From contig OZ240219.1 of NCBI GenBank assembly GCA_965197645.1, positions 2,272,001 to 2,336,000 of the forward strand: a stretch of 64,000 bases of DNA. The letters are read 5' to 3'. Each line of letters begins with the position of its first letter. The first letter of the stretch is position 1. This document shows, piece after piece, positions 50,008 through 59,711 of this stretch. A model generated the notes under the pieces. The model was given only the letters and a program-made list of their open reading frames with translations. It was not told the DNA's origin and ran no database searches. Position numbers and translations under genes: made by a program. Source of the DNA: Dehalococcoidia bacterium. Lineage in GTDB: Bacteria; Chloroflexota; Dehalococcoidia; Plut-88900.

Positions 50008-50044
50008 AGAAGAGGGCCGCCTCAATTTGAGGCGGCCCTCTTCT
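50008..50044 (-). terminator. Strong hairpin just after the SBP stop codon
   Basis: agaagagggccgcctcaa-t-ttgaggcggccctcttct, 18-bp perfect arms. Confidence 0.8.
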
Positions 50045-50053
50045 ACTATGCTC

Positions 50054-52015
50054 TTATTGCATGGAAGGAGCGTCTTCCGTGAACCAGGACTCCAGGAAGG
50101 TATAGCCCTGGTGGGCGTAGCCCTTCATCCCACCGGCGTTTATCAGGTAGTTGGGGTAAACGTTCTCACTGATCCAGTGGGGCATCGGCCACCAGTACAG
50201 CTTCACTGCGAAGAGCTTCTGCAGCTCTCCCACGACCTGCCGCTGCGTCTCCAAGTCTCTCGCCGCCAGTCCGGCGTCGATCAAGGCTGTCAACTCAGGG
50301 TCGTCGATCTGTTGAATGTTCCTGATGGTGCCCGGGTAGAAGTGGTTGTAGTAGAAGTCGATCAGGTCGGGATAGGCCGTCCACGACCAGTCGAAGACCA
50401 GCTCTGATACCCACTCATCGGTGGTCTTGCTCCAGAAGAAGTCGGACATCTCGGGATACGTTATCACCGTGAACTGGATGTCCATTCCCAGCTCTTTAGC
50501 GTTGGCCTGGAACACCGATGCGTTCTGCTCGAAGAACTCTTCCAGGCGGTGGAGGTACATGTCCAGCTCGATCCGGTCTCCCACCTGGAACCCTTCAGGA
50601 GCCAGACCCTCGTCTATCAGCTCCTGCAGTCCCTCGTTGAACAGCACCTTCGCTCCCTCGATGTCGGTGGTAAAGTTGCCGTCCGCGTCCACCGGGAAGT
50701 AGGCTGCTCCCTCGCCCAGCTCGTCGTTGGGCAGGTACCAGGGGTGGCGGGATACTACTTCCCTGTTCTGGATGTTGGAACCTCCGTACCACAGCTGGGC
50801 GCTCCGGTCTACGACCATGTTGATCGCCTGCCGCACCTTCTGGTTCATGAAGGGGAAGGATTCCAGCCTGGGTACAAGCCACACCGGAGCGGTGGTGTTT
50901 TCCACCACAGCCCGATAGTTCTCGATGAGGTCGGGCCTGTCCTCGAGGGCGTTCAGGCTCTCGGGGTCACCGGTCCACCAGCCCCAGTAGTAGAAGGCCG
51001 GGCCCACGTCCAGCTCGCCGCCCCGGTACAGGGCCATCTTGGCCGCATCGTCGGCGACGAACAGCACTTCGATGTTGTCTATGTAGGGCAGGTTCTCACC
51101 GGTAATCCCGTTGGGGCCACGCCAGTAGTTTGGATTCCTCTCATAGTACTGCTTAACTCCGAACTCGTGATCCACCAGGATCCATGGCCCCGTTCCTATC
51201 ACCGTCTCCGGCGTCTCCAGGGTGCCGAACTCCTCCAGCACCTCGGGGGCGTCGATCACGAAGTAGTGGTAGGCGGCGTAGCCCAGCAGGGCGGACCAGG
51301 GTCGCTTGAGGGTGAACACTACAGTGTAGTTGTCCGGCGCTTCCACGCTGTCTACGAAGCCTAGTATGTCTGAGTGGGGCGATCCCTCCGCCATGTAGCG
51401 GTTGTAGGAGAACACCACGTCGTCGGCCACCAGCTCCCGGCCGTTCAGCGGGGGTATATCCTGCCACGTGACACCCTGCCTCAGGTGGAAGGTGATCGTC
51501 AGGCCGTCTTCACTTATCTCCCAGGACTCGGCCAGGTCGGGGTAGGGAGACAGGTCGGAAGAGTCGTGGGGGTCACAGATGTTGTAGGTGATCAGCTTGT
51601 TATGGGTAAAGCTCTTGGTGGCGGCGCCTTCCCAGGCGTTGTACTGGGCGGTGTCGTAGGTTCCCGGGTCGTAGCCGGTCATGGTGAGGGTCCCGCCATA
51701 AATGGGGTCGGCGCCTTCCGGCGTGCATACCGGGGGCAAGCCGCCATGGAGGGCCGTCGGTCCATCCTCGTCCATCATCCCATCATCAACATCCGTTGCA
51801 TCTTGCGGGTCATCCGCCATCACCTCATCCGCCGTCTCCTCCTCCATCACGTCCTCTTCCATTACCTCCTCAACCGGAGCCTCCTCCACCACTTCCTCCA
51901 TCACTTCGGGCGCTGTCGTAGGTTCTGTGGCTTCCTCGCCACAGGCCAGCGCCACCAAGGCAATAACGACGACTATGCTGGTCAGTAACCAGAGCCGCCT
52001 GTTCAATAATTTCAT
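50054..52015 (-). CDS. ABC transporter substrate-binding lipoprotein, family 5
   Basis: Lipobox VALACG, acidic linker, PDLAESWEISEDGLTITFHLRQGV, GTGPW. Confidence 0.93.
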   Translation of the reverse strand: MKLLNRRLWLLTSIVVVIALVALACGEEATEPTTAPEVMEEVVEEAPVEEVMEEDVMEEETADEVMADDPQDATDVDDGMMDEDGPTALHGGLPPVCTPEGADPIYGGTLTMTGYDPGTYDTAQYNAWEGAATKSFTHNKLITYNICDPHDSSDLSPYPDLAESWEISEDGLTITFHLRQGVTWQDIPPLNGRELVADDVVFSYNRYMAEGSPHSDILGFVDSVEAPDNYTVVFTLKRPWSALLGYAAYHYFVIDAPEVLEEFGTLETPETVIGTGPWILVDHEFGVKQYYERNPNYWRGPNGITGENLPYIDNIEVLFVADDAAKMALYRGGELDVGPAFYYWGWWTGDPESLNALEDRPDLIENYRAVVENTTAPVWLVPRLESFPFMNQKVRQAINMVVDRSAQLWYGGSNIQNREVVSRHPWYLPNDELGEGAAYFPVDADGNFTTDIEGAKVLFNEGLQELIDEGLAPEGFQVGDRIELDMYLHRLEEFFEQNASVFQANAKELGMDIQFTVITYPEMSDFFWSKTTDEWVSELVFDWSWTAYPDLIDFYYNHFYPGTIRNIQQIDDPELTALIDAGLAARDLETQRQVVGELQKLFAVKLYWWPMPHWISENVYPNYLINAGGMKGYAHQGYTFLESWFTEDAPSMQ

Positions 52016-52378
52016 TCTCTCGCCTCCTGTGTGATCGTCCTCATTCCTCCACTACCCGCGGCCCTTGTTTGATACAACAGCCTCGTAAGGTAAGGATTGG
52101 CTTTTGACGACGTTACTGCTACATTGGCTATCTCCTACCTGCCTTCGGTTAGTGGGATTGACAGCGTGCACCGGGGTACGGTGAAAGCTGTTTGCGGCAT
52201 TTTCCTTCGGCATAATGGTCTTGTCAAGATTGAGTAATAATTCACAATCACCCTATGTGCTTGAGCCGCTTTGGTCACCTACCGCCATGTGCATAGGCCC
52301 TCAACCCAGACTTTTAGGCCTATGCGTGTAATAACGCAGCTGGATAGAATAAGATAGATTCTCCCAAGGAGGGATCTG

Positions 52379-53584
52379 ATGAGTGGACCCTTGGAAGGCA
52401 TTCGGGTGCTGGAAATAGCGAACTGGTTGGCGGCGCCGGCCGCGGCGGCCCTTTTGGCCGATATGGGCGCCGGCGTGGTCAAGGTGGAGCCGCTGAATGG
52501 AGACCCCTGGCGTCACTATCGTGCCAAGTCCGACGGCTCGGGCGAGAAGTTCGAGATCAACTACGGCTTCGAGCTGGACAACCGCGGCAAACGGAGCATC
52601 ACTTTGGACCTCGCCAAGGAAGAGGCCAGGGAGGTTGTCCTGCAGCTGGCCAACACCGTGGACGTGTTCATTACCAACCTGATTCCCTCTCGCATGGACC
52701 GTTTCCACCTCGGCTACGAAGCTCTATCGGCAACCAATCCCGGGTTGGTCTACCTCTCCTTTTCGGGTTACGGCAGCCGGGGCCCTGATAAGGACAAGCT
52801 GGGCTTCGACTACTCGGCCTTTTGGGCCCGCTCGGGAATCATGTCCCTGATACGTGAGGAGGAGACGCTGCCCCTGTTTCAGAGAGGGGGTATGGGAGAC
52901 CACTCCTCTTCTCTGAGCCTAACCACCGGCATCCTGGCCGCCCTGTTCGAAAGGGAGAGGACAGGAAAGGGTCAGGAGCTATCCGGCTCCCTGTTCAACG
53001 TGGGACTGTGGGTATTGGGCTGTGATATTCAGATGGCCCTTGTGGAACGGAGCAACCCCTCGCCCGATTACCGCGTCAACCGAATGCCCGTCTTTAACGA
53101 CTACCAGACCAAGGACTGCAAGGGGCTGATGCTGACCAACCCTAATCCGGTAGTTTACTGGCCGCGAGCCTGCCGCGCCCTGGGACGGCCTGACCTGCTG
53201 GACAACCCCCGATATCAGACCATCGAACAGGTGCTGGAACATTCCCGCGAGTTGGTCGTTCTGTTCGACGAAATCATCGCCACCAAGACGCTGGAGGAAT
53301 GGGGACGAATCCTGGATGAACACGGCGTGATCTGGGCCCCGGTTCAGGAGCTGAGCGAAGTGATAGAGGACCCTCAGGCCCGGGCCAACGACTACTTCAC
53401 TACCGTCCAGCATCCCATCGTCGGCGAGTACGAGACCATCGACACGCCCGTCAGATTCCGGTCCGGCAACGTGCGAGCCAGAGGACCCGCCCCCGAGATA
53501 GGCCAGCACACCGAGGAGGTGCTGCTGGAGAACGGCTACTCCTGGGAGAAGATTGCCAGCTTGAGGGAGGCGGGCGCCATCTAA
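52379..53584 (+). CDS. Family III CoA-transferase (CaiB/BaiF)
   Basis: GPLEGIRVLE, LADMGA.VVKVEP, NRGKRSITLDL, GMGD, APEIGQHT. Confidence 0.93.
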   Translation: MSGPLEGIRVLEIANWLAAPAAAALLADMGAGVVKVEPLNGDPWRHYRAKSDGSGEKFEINYGFELDNRGKRSITLDLAKEEAREVVLQLANTVDVFITNLIPSRMDRFHLGYEALSATNPGLVYLSFSGYGSRGPDKDKLGFDYSAFWARSGIMSLIREEETLPLFQRGGMGDHSSSLSLTTGILAALFERERTGKGQELSGSLFNVGLWVLGCDIQMALVERSNPSPDYRVNRMPVFNDYQTKDCKGLMLTNPNPVVYWPRACRALGRPDLLDNPRYQTIEQVLEHSRELVVLFDEIIATKTLEEWGRILDEHGVIWAPVQELSEVIEDPQARANDYFTTVQHPIVGEYETIDTPVRFRSGNVRARGPAPEIGQHTEEVLLENGYSWEKIASLREAGAI

Positions 53585-53586
53585 TC

Positions 53587-54042
53587 GTGGGTATTGGAGT
53601 TAAACTGGTGCATCCACGCGCACGAGTGCCGGAAAAGGCCACCGCCGGCAGCGCAGGCTTCGACCTTTTTGCAGTGGACCAATGCTCCGTGCCACCCTCT
53701 CGTGCCAAGGCTGACGGTACCGTCGACGTCGGCAGGGCGCTGGTCCCTACGGGCATCGTCTTGAGCCTACCGGCCGATACAGTCGGGATAATAGCCAGCC
53801 GGTCCGGCCTGTCGGTAAAGTTCAACATCGAGGTAGGGGCCGGCTGGATAGACAGCGATTACAGGGGCGAGGTGATGATCGAGCTGAAAAACCTGGGCTC
53901 ATGCCCTTACAGGATCAACCCGGGAGACCGGATAGCCCAGCTAATCGTCCTGCCGGTAAGTACCACTGACATACGGATCGTAGACCAGGTTGACGACACC
54001 GTTCGAGGCTCCGAGGGCTTCGGATCGACGGAGCTTGGCTAG
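53587..54042 (+). CDS. dut: dUTP diphosphatase (trimeric dUTPase)
   Basis: All five motifs: AGFDL, RSGL, GWIDSDYRGE, RIAQL, RGSEGFGST. Confidence 0.92.
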   Translation: MGIGVKLVHPRARVPEKATAGSAGFDLFAVDQCSVPPSRAKADGTVDVGRALVPTGIVLSLPADTVGIIASRSGLSVKFNIEVGAGWIDSDYRGEVMIELKNLGSCPYRINPGDRIAQLIVLPVSTTDIRIVDQVDDTVRGSEGFGSTELG

Positions 54043-54100
54043 AGCCCTATTGCACACGCGGATTACGCTTGCCGCCTCATTCAACTAGGAGGTATATCCA

Positions 54101-54859
54101 ATGAGTTCAGACGGCCGGGTCGTCATTATCACAGGCGGAGGTACCGGAATAGGGAAACACTGTGCCTTGGCCCTCCTGAAAGACGGGTACAGCGTTGCCC
54201 TGGCGGGACGTCGAGTTGGACCGTTGGAGGAGACCGTCGCGGAGGCTGGGGTAGGTGAGGAGCGAACACTCATCGTGCCAACCGATGTCGGCGATCCCGA
54301 TTCGGTCAAGGCCCTTTTCGCCCGGACGAAGGAGGCGTTTGGCCGGCTGGACGTTCTGTTCAACAATGCTGGGTTTGGAGCTCCGGCCGTATCCTTGGAG
54401 GACCTCACCCACGAACAGTGGCAGTCGGTGGTCGATACCAATCTGACCGGGGCGTTCCTGTGCACCCAGGAGGCGTTCAAAATAATGAAGGCTCAAACGC
54501 CCATGGGCGGACGTATCATCAACAACGGCTCGATATCGGCCCAGACGCCCCGCCCGGACTCCGCGCCCTACACCGCCACCAAGCACGGGATGGTGGGTCT
54601 AACCAAGTCCACGTCCCTGGATGGTCGGAAGTACAACATAGCGTGCAGCCAGATCGACATCGGCAACGCCTGGACCGAGATGACGGCGGGGATGGCAGAC
54701 GGTATTCCTCAGCCCGATGGATCGATCAGGCCGGAGCCGACCTTCGACGTGGCCCACGTAGCCGAAGCGGTGCTGTATATCGCCAATCTGCCCTTGGAAG
54801 CCAACGTCCTGTTCATGAACATAATGGCGACCAAGATGCCCTTTGTAGGTCGAGGCTAG
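54101..54859 (+). CDS. Short-chain dehydrogenase/reductase
   Basis: [17 protein letters not shown]. Confidence 0.93.
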   Translation: MSSDGRVVIITGGGTGIGKHCALALLKDGYSVALAGRRVGPLEETVAEAGVGEERTLIVPTDVGDPDSVKALFARTKEAFGRLDVLFNNAGFGAPAVSLEDLTHEQWQSVVDTNLTGAFLCTQEAFKIMKAQTPMGGRIINNGSISAQTPRPDSAPYTATKHGMVGLTKSTSLDGRKYNIACSQIDIGNAWTEMTAGMADGIPQPDGSIRPEPTFDVAHVAEAVLYIANLPLEANVLFMNIMATKMPFVGRG

Positions 54860-54908
54860 GACATGGGAGCCGGTTGATGGCTACCGGTAGAACGGCGAAA
54901 GCAGAGCG

Positions 54909-55943
54909 TTAGCCGCAGGCCAGGGAGTATATCTGGGACTCGCCTTCCGGCAGCGGCCGAGCCTCCCAGGAGTCTCCGCCGTCCCGACTGGCGAACACCT
55001 GCCCGCCATAGCTGGAGCACCACATGTGCCTGGGTTGCCGCTCGTCGAAGCTGAGGCAGAACAGGCTGCTCTTCGGCTGAAGCCCCATGTCCACCCGTCC
55101 CCAGCTCAGGCCGCCGTCATCGCTGCGAAAGAGGCCGCCCACGTCGCTATCGAAGCCGGCGCCTGCCGCCATCCAGACGGTCGTGGGGTCTCCGGGGACT
55201 TCCCGGATGGCGCGGCAGTACAGGCCTCCTCGATCGTTGAGAGGCTCTATATCCACGTGCAGCCAGTGATCGCCCCGGTCGGCGCTGCGGAACATACCTG
55301 CCCCAGTGATACTGAGCAGCGAGCCGTGGTGCAAGCTGCTCACCAGCACCCCGTGGGTATCGACTGCCTGGTCGTCCAGGTAGAGGCCGTGGCTCAAGTT
55401 TTCCCAGTGCTCACCGCCGTCCAGGCTGCGAATGACCCCGCCCACTTCCAGGGCGCCGTACAGGGCATCCGGCTCAGCGATGCTGGATGACATCATCAGG
55501 ACCCGCTTGGCCGGGTTTGCCGCCGAGCCCACGCTTACTTCCGGAAACCTTACGCTGACCGGAAGTGAACTCCAGCTCTCACCCGCATCATCGCTGCGAT
55601 AGATCTCGCAGGACTCGTAGCCGGCATACATCACCGTGGGGTCCCGCGGATGAAAGAGAAGAGACCACACCGGCAGGCCGTGGTCCGCCACGTTGGCCTT
55701 CTCCCAGTGGTCGCCGTGGTCGTCGCTGCGGTATGGGCCGTCCTGGGTGCCCGCATACACTATCCCCGGTTCTTGGGGATGGACCGCGAGCGCACGCACG
55801 GCCGGTTCCTCGGGCAGCCCCTTAGTAATCGGCTCCCACTCGCCGTCCTCGTAGGCCATCCGATACAGCCCCGATCTCATAGTCCAACCGGGGCCGGGCT
55901 CGCCTGCCAACCCGGCGTACACGTATTGTCTGTTATTAGTCAT
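54909..55943 (-). CDS. BNR/Asp-box repeat beta-propeller protein
   Basis: Repeated RSDDxGxxW motifs; no signal peptide evident. Confidence 0.85.
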   Translation of the reverse strand: MTNNRQYVYAGLAGEPGPGWTMRSGLYRMAYEDGEWEPITKGLPEEPAVRALAVHPQEPGIVYAGTQDGPYRSDDHGDHWEKANVADHGLPVWSLLFHPRDPTVMYAGYESCEIYRSDDAGESWSSLPVSVRFPEVSVGSAANPAKRVLMMSSSIAEPDALYGALEVGGVIRSLDGGEHWENLSHGLYLDDQAVDTHGVLVSSLHHGSLLSITGAGMFRSADRGDHWLHVDIEPLNDRGGLYCRAIREVPGDPTTVWMAAGAGFDSDVGGLFRSDDGGLSWGRVDMGLQPKSSLFCLSFDERQPRHMWCSSYGGQVFASRDGGDSWEARPLPEGESQIYSLACG

Positions 55944-55967
55944 TCTCCAGCCCGCCTCCTAGAACGA

Positions 55968-57092
55968 TCAGTTGAGGTTGAACTGCTCGAAGTGCCCGTT
56001 CACGATGGGCGCGGCCTCCAGGTCCAACCAATTCTCCAGGATAGTGGAGTAGATGGACCGGAAGTCGTTGTTGAAGTGCAGGTCGCCGTTGAGCTGGTCC
56101 TCTTCCTTCAGCGAGGGGTACTCTCCGTACATGCCACCCTGGACCGAACCTCCGATGACGAAGGCCACTCCACCGGAGCCGTGGTCCGTCCCCGAGCCGT
56201 TATCCTTGATCCTGCGTCCAAACTCGGAGAATATGAGTATGAGGGTATCTTTCTCCCGACCGTGCTCCTTGAGATCGGCATAGAAGTCGCCTACTGCGCC
56301 CGACACCTCCCGCCACAGCATGGAATGCTGGGACATCTGCCCTCCATGGGTGTCGAAGCTTCCGTGCTGGGTGTAGTAGACCCTTGTGCCCAGATCGGCG
56401 AACATCACCTGGGCGACGCCCTTCAACGCCTGCCCCATTGGATCGGGCGCGTACTCTATGCTGGAAGAGTAATTAGCCGGTGCGGTCTGAAGAATCTCGG
56501 CGCCGGTGAGGGCCTCCATGCCGGTCTGCGCCAGATGATCGATGGCCGATCCTCGGCCCTCAGGGCCGTACATCTTGGCGAAAGCGTCAAGCGCGTAGCT
56601 TTTCATCCGTTCGCTCTCGAGGTTGGAGAACAGGCCGTAGGTCTCGAGCTCGGCTACCGAGGCCACTGGGACTCCTCTGCAGGCCAAGGCCCGCGGAAGA
56701 ACAACGCCGAAGTTGACAGCAGTCAGCACGTTGTCTTTGTTAGGGTCCAGGTCCCGCACCGCCCGGCCAAGCCATCCTTCGGTCCCTACCTTGTCCGGTT
56801 CGGCCGTGTGCCAGATGTCCATAGAACGAAAGTGGGAGCGGTTGGGGTTGCCGTAGCCTATCCCGTTGATGATGGCCACGTTGCCCTCGTCCCACAGGCT
56901 CTTGATGGCCGGCATGTTGGGGTTGAAGCCGTACTCGTCGTCGATGGGCAGCACCTCTTCCGGCGCCACCCGTATCGTCTGCCGAGAATCGTAGTAGACG
57001 CCATTGTTGTAGGGGACCACCGTGTTGAGATAGTCGTTCCCGCCGGAAAGCTGGATCACCACCAACGTCTTTTCGCTGCTATCGGATGCCAC
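55968..57092 (-). CDS. DUF1501 domain protein
   Basis: LVVIQLSGGND, NRSHFRS, GSFDTH, FSEFGR, GTDHG; GTG start after AGGAGG. Confidence 0.88.
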   Translation of the reverse strand: MASDSSEKTLVVIQLSGGNDYLNTVVPYNNGVYYDSRQTIRVAPEEVLPIDDEYGFNPNMPAIKSLWDEGNVAIINGIGYGNPNRSHFRSMDIWHTAEPDKVGTEGWLGRAVRDLDPNKDNVLTAVNFGVVLPRALACRGVPVASVAELETYGLFSNLESERMKSYALDAFAKMYGPEGRGSAIDHLAQTGMEALTGAEILQTAPANYSSSIEYAPDPMGQALKGVAQVMFADLGTRVYYTQHGSFDTHGGQMSQHSMLWREVSGAVGDFYADLKEHGREKDTLILIFSEFGRRIKDNGSGTDHGSGGVAFVIGGSVQGGMYGEYPSLKEEDQLNGDLHFNNDFRSIYSTILENWLDLEAAPIVNGHFEQFNLN

Positions 57093-57152
57093 GATACGCC
57101 TCCTATCTAACAGATGCTGCCGCATACATATGCGTGTATGAATGTCCGGGTT

Positions 57153-58169
57153 CTAGCTCTGCTTCTGATATATCTGGATTCGGTGCCGGCCGCTGTCCAC
57201 AATGTAGATCCGTCCCTCGCCGTCCACCTTTACCGAAGTGGGGCCCCAGAACAGCTTCTCCACCAGCGATGATCGAGGCTGGAAGCGGCTGTCGGGGTTG
57301 GTAACCTTCGGTTCCAGGTTGGATGCTTGCCTGGCCTCGTACTCCTGCGGGTTGCTCTTGAAGTAGTCCTCCGCCCAAGTGGACGGCGTGGCCTCTCCCC
57401 TCAGCTCCATCTGAAATCGGCCATCGGAGTCGAGCACCTGTACCCGTTCGTTTCCCCAGTCGGTCACATAGACCAGCCCATCGTCGTCCACCGCCACGCT
57501 GGAAGGCCGGTTGAACTCTCCCTCGCCCTGTCCCGAGCCTCCCCAGGTGGCCAGGTGCTTGCCGCTGGAATCGAACCTCTGGATCCTGTCGTTTCTCCAG
57601 TCGGCCACGTATACGTCGCCGCCGTTGTCCACGGCGATCCCCCAGGGCATGTCGAACTCGCCGTCGCCCTTTCCCCCTTGGCCCCACTGACCGACGGACT
57701 GGCCGTCCGAGGTGTACCTTTGGACCCGGTTGTTCAGACTATCGACCACCATGAGGTGTCCGTCCCGGTCAAATGCGATGCCCGAGGGGCCGTTGAACTC
57801 TCCCTCCCCGTCTCCGTTTACACCCCACTTGGCGATGAACTTGCCGTCCTGATCGAATACGGAGATCCGGTGAAGTGCCTCGTCGGAAACGTACAGCTTG
57901 TTGTCGTTGTCCACCACGCCTGCTACGGGCCACATGATCTTCCCGTCCTCGGTGCCCACGCCGCTGAACTCACCGAGGAAGCCGCCGGTGTTCGTGCATA
58001 TGGTTATCCGCTTGTAGGGTATGTCGGCGTAGTCGTCGAAAGCTCGACACAGCACGTACATCACCCCATCGCGAGCCAACCCCACGTCCACCGGATTGAA
58101 GAATCCCCTGCCCAGGTCGCTGAACAGTCCAACCGTGTGGCTGTATCGACACACTGGCCCGTTGCTCAT
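57153..58169 (-). CDS. NHL-repeat beta-propeller protein
   Basis: Repeats of GEFxxPxGIAxD..YVxDxxNxRIQ. Confidence 0.9.
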   Translation of the reverse strand: MSNGPVCRYSHTVGLFSDLGRGFFNPVDVGLARDGVMYVLCRAFDDYADIPYKRITICTNTGGFLGEFSGVGTEDGKIMWPVAGVVDNDNKLYVSDEALHRISVFDQDGKFIAKWGVNGDGEGEFNGPSGIAFDRDGHLMVVDSLNNRVQRYTSDGQSVGQWGQGGKGDGEFDMPWGIAVDNGGDVYVADWRNDRIQRFDSSGKHLATWGGSGQGEGEFNRPSSVAVDDDGLVYVTDWGNERVQVLDSDGRFQMELRGEATPSTWAEDYFKSNPQEYEARQASNLEPKVTNPDSRFQPRSSLVEKLFWGPTSVKVDGEGRIYIVDSGRHRIQIYQKQS

Positions 58170-58227
58170 CTGTTCCTCCCTTCAGCCCACTTCTCGTTTC
58201 GAGGGCTGACAACCAGGGGTAGTAGCG

Positions 58228-59655
58228 TTACGTTAGCTGGTATTCCGGCATAGCCCCTATGAGCTGCAACACCATTCCAACCCTGCCGGCGGATACCTGT
58301 CCTTGTGACCCCGCTGCCGGAGAGGCGGCGGCGACCCGTTCCACCAGCTCAGCTCGCGATTCCTCCGAGACCTCCAGCGGTCCTATCAGGTCGAGGCAGG
58401 CGTCCACCAGTTCCTCGGTGGTGCGGTCGGCGCCCTGGGCCTGGATTTTGCTTGTTATCGACTGCACGCCCGGCCGTCCCGTGTCCTGGAACTGCTCGGA
58501 GGCGAAGTTGACCCGGTTTACCAGGCTTGCGGTGTTGATCCACTCGTCGCCGGTGTGCCATCCCTCTACGCTGGGGGGCTCCAGAAGCTCCTGCCCCATC
58601 GTTATAGCGGCGGATTTCAGGCCCGCGTCGCTCATACTGGGAAACTCGTAGCCTCCCACCAAGCGTGAGGTGCCCACCACCAGCTCCGTCGGGCTCTTGA
58701 TCTTCTTGAAGACCGCCTGCTTGAAGAAGTCCGAGTTGAACAGGACCCGTAACACGGACCGGATGTCGTAGTTGCTTGAGAGATAGGCTTCGGAAAGAGT
58801 CTCGATGGCCTGGGGGTCCCGGGGTGGGGTTATGTTCCAGGCTGGGACCTGGGCCTCGTCGGCGACGAAGAAGGTGTAGAGATGCCGGGATACAAACCTG
58901 GCGGTTGCAGGCTGGTTGCAGATGACGTCGATGATGTCTCCGCCATCCAAATCCCCGGTCTCTCCCAGGAAGGACTTTTCTCCGCTGTCATGGTCATTCG
59001 GGTCGAACTGGAACTCGGGCGCCAGATCACCATAGGGCCAGGGCGAGTTGGCTTCCGCCTTGGCGGCGTGATACGGGTTGTCCCTGACGGTCCACCCCGT
59101 AAAAGCCCGGGAGGCGTGCCGGATATCGTCTTCCGTGTAGTTGCCCACGCCCATAGAGAACAGCTCCAGGAGCTCCCGGCCGTAGTTCTCGTTGACCGCG
59201 TCCTTGTGATTGCCGTTGTTGTCCAACCAGAAGATCATGGTGGGGTCCTTGGACACCTGAACGAGCAGGGTATGGAAACTCCCCAGCCCGTACCTCCGGA
59301 ACATCTCTATCTGGTTGAGCATGGCTCGGGCCTGAAAGAGCTTGGTGTACCCCGTGGCGAAGACCCCGTGCCAGAACAGGGCTATCTTCTCCTCCAGCGG
59401 CCGCGTGGTGTTTATCATGCGGCGCATCCAGTAGGTCTGACAGGCCTCGATGGGGTAGAAGTTGTTATGGGTTACGTGGTACCGCCTGATGATGTCCTCA
59501 TCGGCGTATGGAGATGGGGCACTCTCCGGGTCCAGAAGCTCATCCACCGTCGCCTCGTACCCCTTGGCTGCGTAGTCCTCCAGCTCATCCCGTGTCGCTC
59601 CGAACCCGGCGCGGCGCAACAGATGGGCAATGAGGGTTAGATCGTTCGTACTCAT
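58228..59655 (-). CDS. DUF1800 domain protein
   Basis: AHLLRRAGFG, EKIALFWHG.FAT, NENYGRELLELFSMG, PPSVEGW; start MSTN after AAGGAGG. Confidence 0.88.
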   Translation of the reverse strand: MSTNDLTLIAHLLRRAGFGATRDELEDYAAKGYEATVDELLDPESAPSPYADEDIIRRYHVTHNNFYPIEACQTYWMRRMINTTRPLEEKIALFWHGVFATGYTKLFQARAMLNQIEMFRRYGLGSFHTLLVQVSKDPTMIFWLDNNGNHKDAVNENYGRELLELFSMGVGNYTEDDIRHASRAFTGWTVRDNPYHAAKAEANSPWPYGDLAPEFQFDPNDHDSGEKSFLGETGDLDGGDIIDVICNQPATARFVSRHLYTFFVADEAQVPAWNITPPRDPQAIETLSEAYLSSNYDIRSVLRVLFNSDFFKQAVFKKIKSPTELVVGTSRLVGGYEFPSMSDAGLKSAAITMGQELLEPPSVEGWHTGDEWINTASLVNRVNFASEQFQDTGRPGVQSITSKIQAQGADRTTEELVDACLDLIGPLEVSEESRAELVERVAAASPAAGSQGQVSAGRVGMVLQLIGAMPEYQLT

Positions 59656-59711
59656 GTCTCGACCTCCTTCCCCTACCAGAACTTGGCCACTACTCAGACT
59701 CTGCCCCGGCA

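Noticed and set aside
51780-51930. Quasi-repeats encoding EEVMEE/EEPMEE in SBP N-termini (also about 1820-1960)
   Set aside because: Low-complexity acidic lipoprotein linkers, not a DNA repeat array or CRISPR.
52030-52230. Hairpin (acagc..caccg..cggtg..gctgt) in the long region upstream of the SBP at 52015 as a riboswitch
   Set aside because: Only one modest stem, with no recognisable aptamer consensus or terminator, so there is too little support.
53587-54042. dUTPase as a prophage marker
   Set aside because: No phage structural, integrase or replication genes nearby, and composition matches the flanks.
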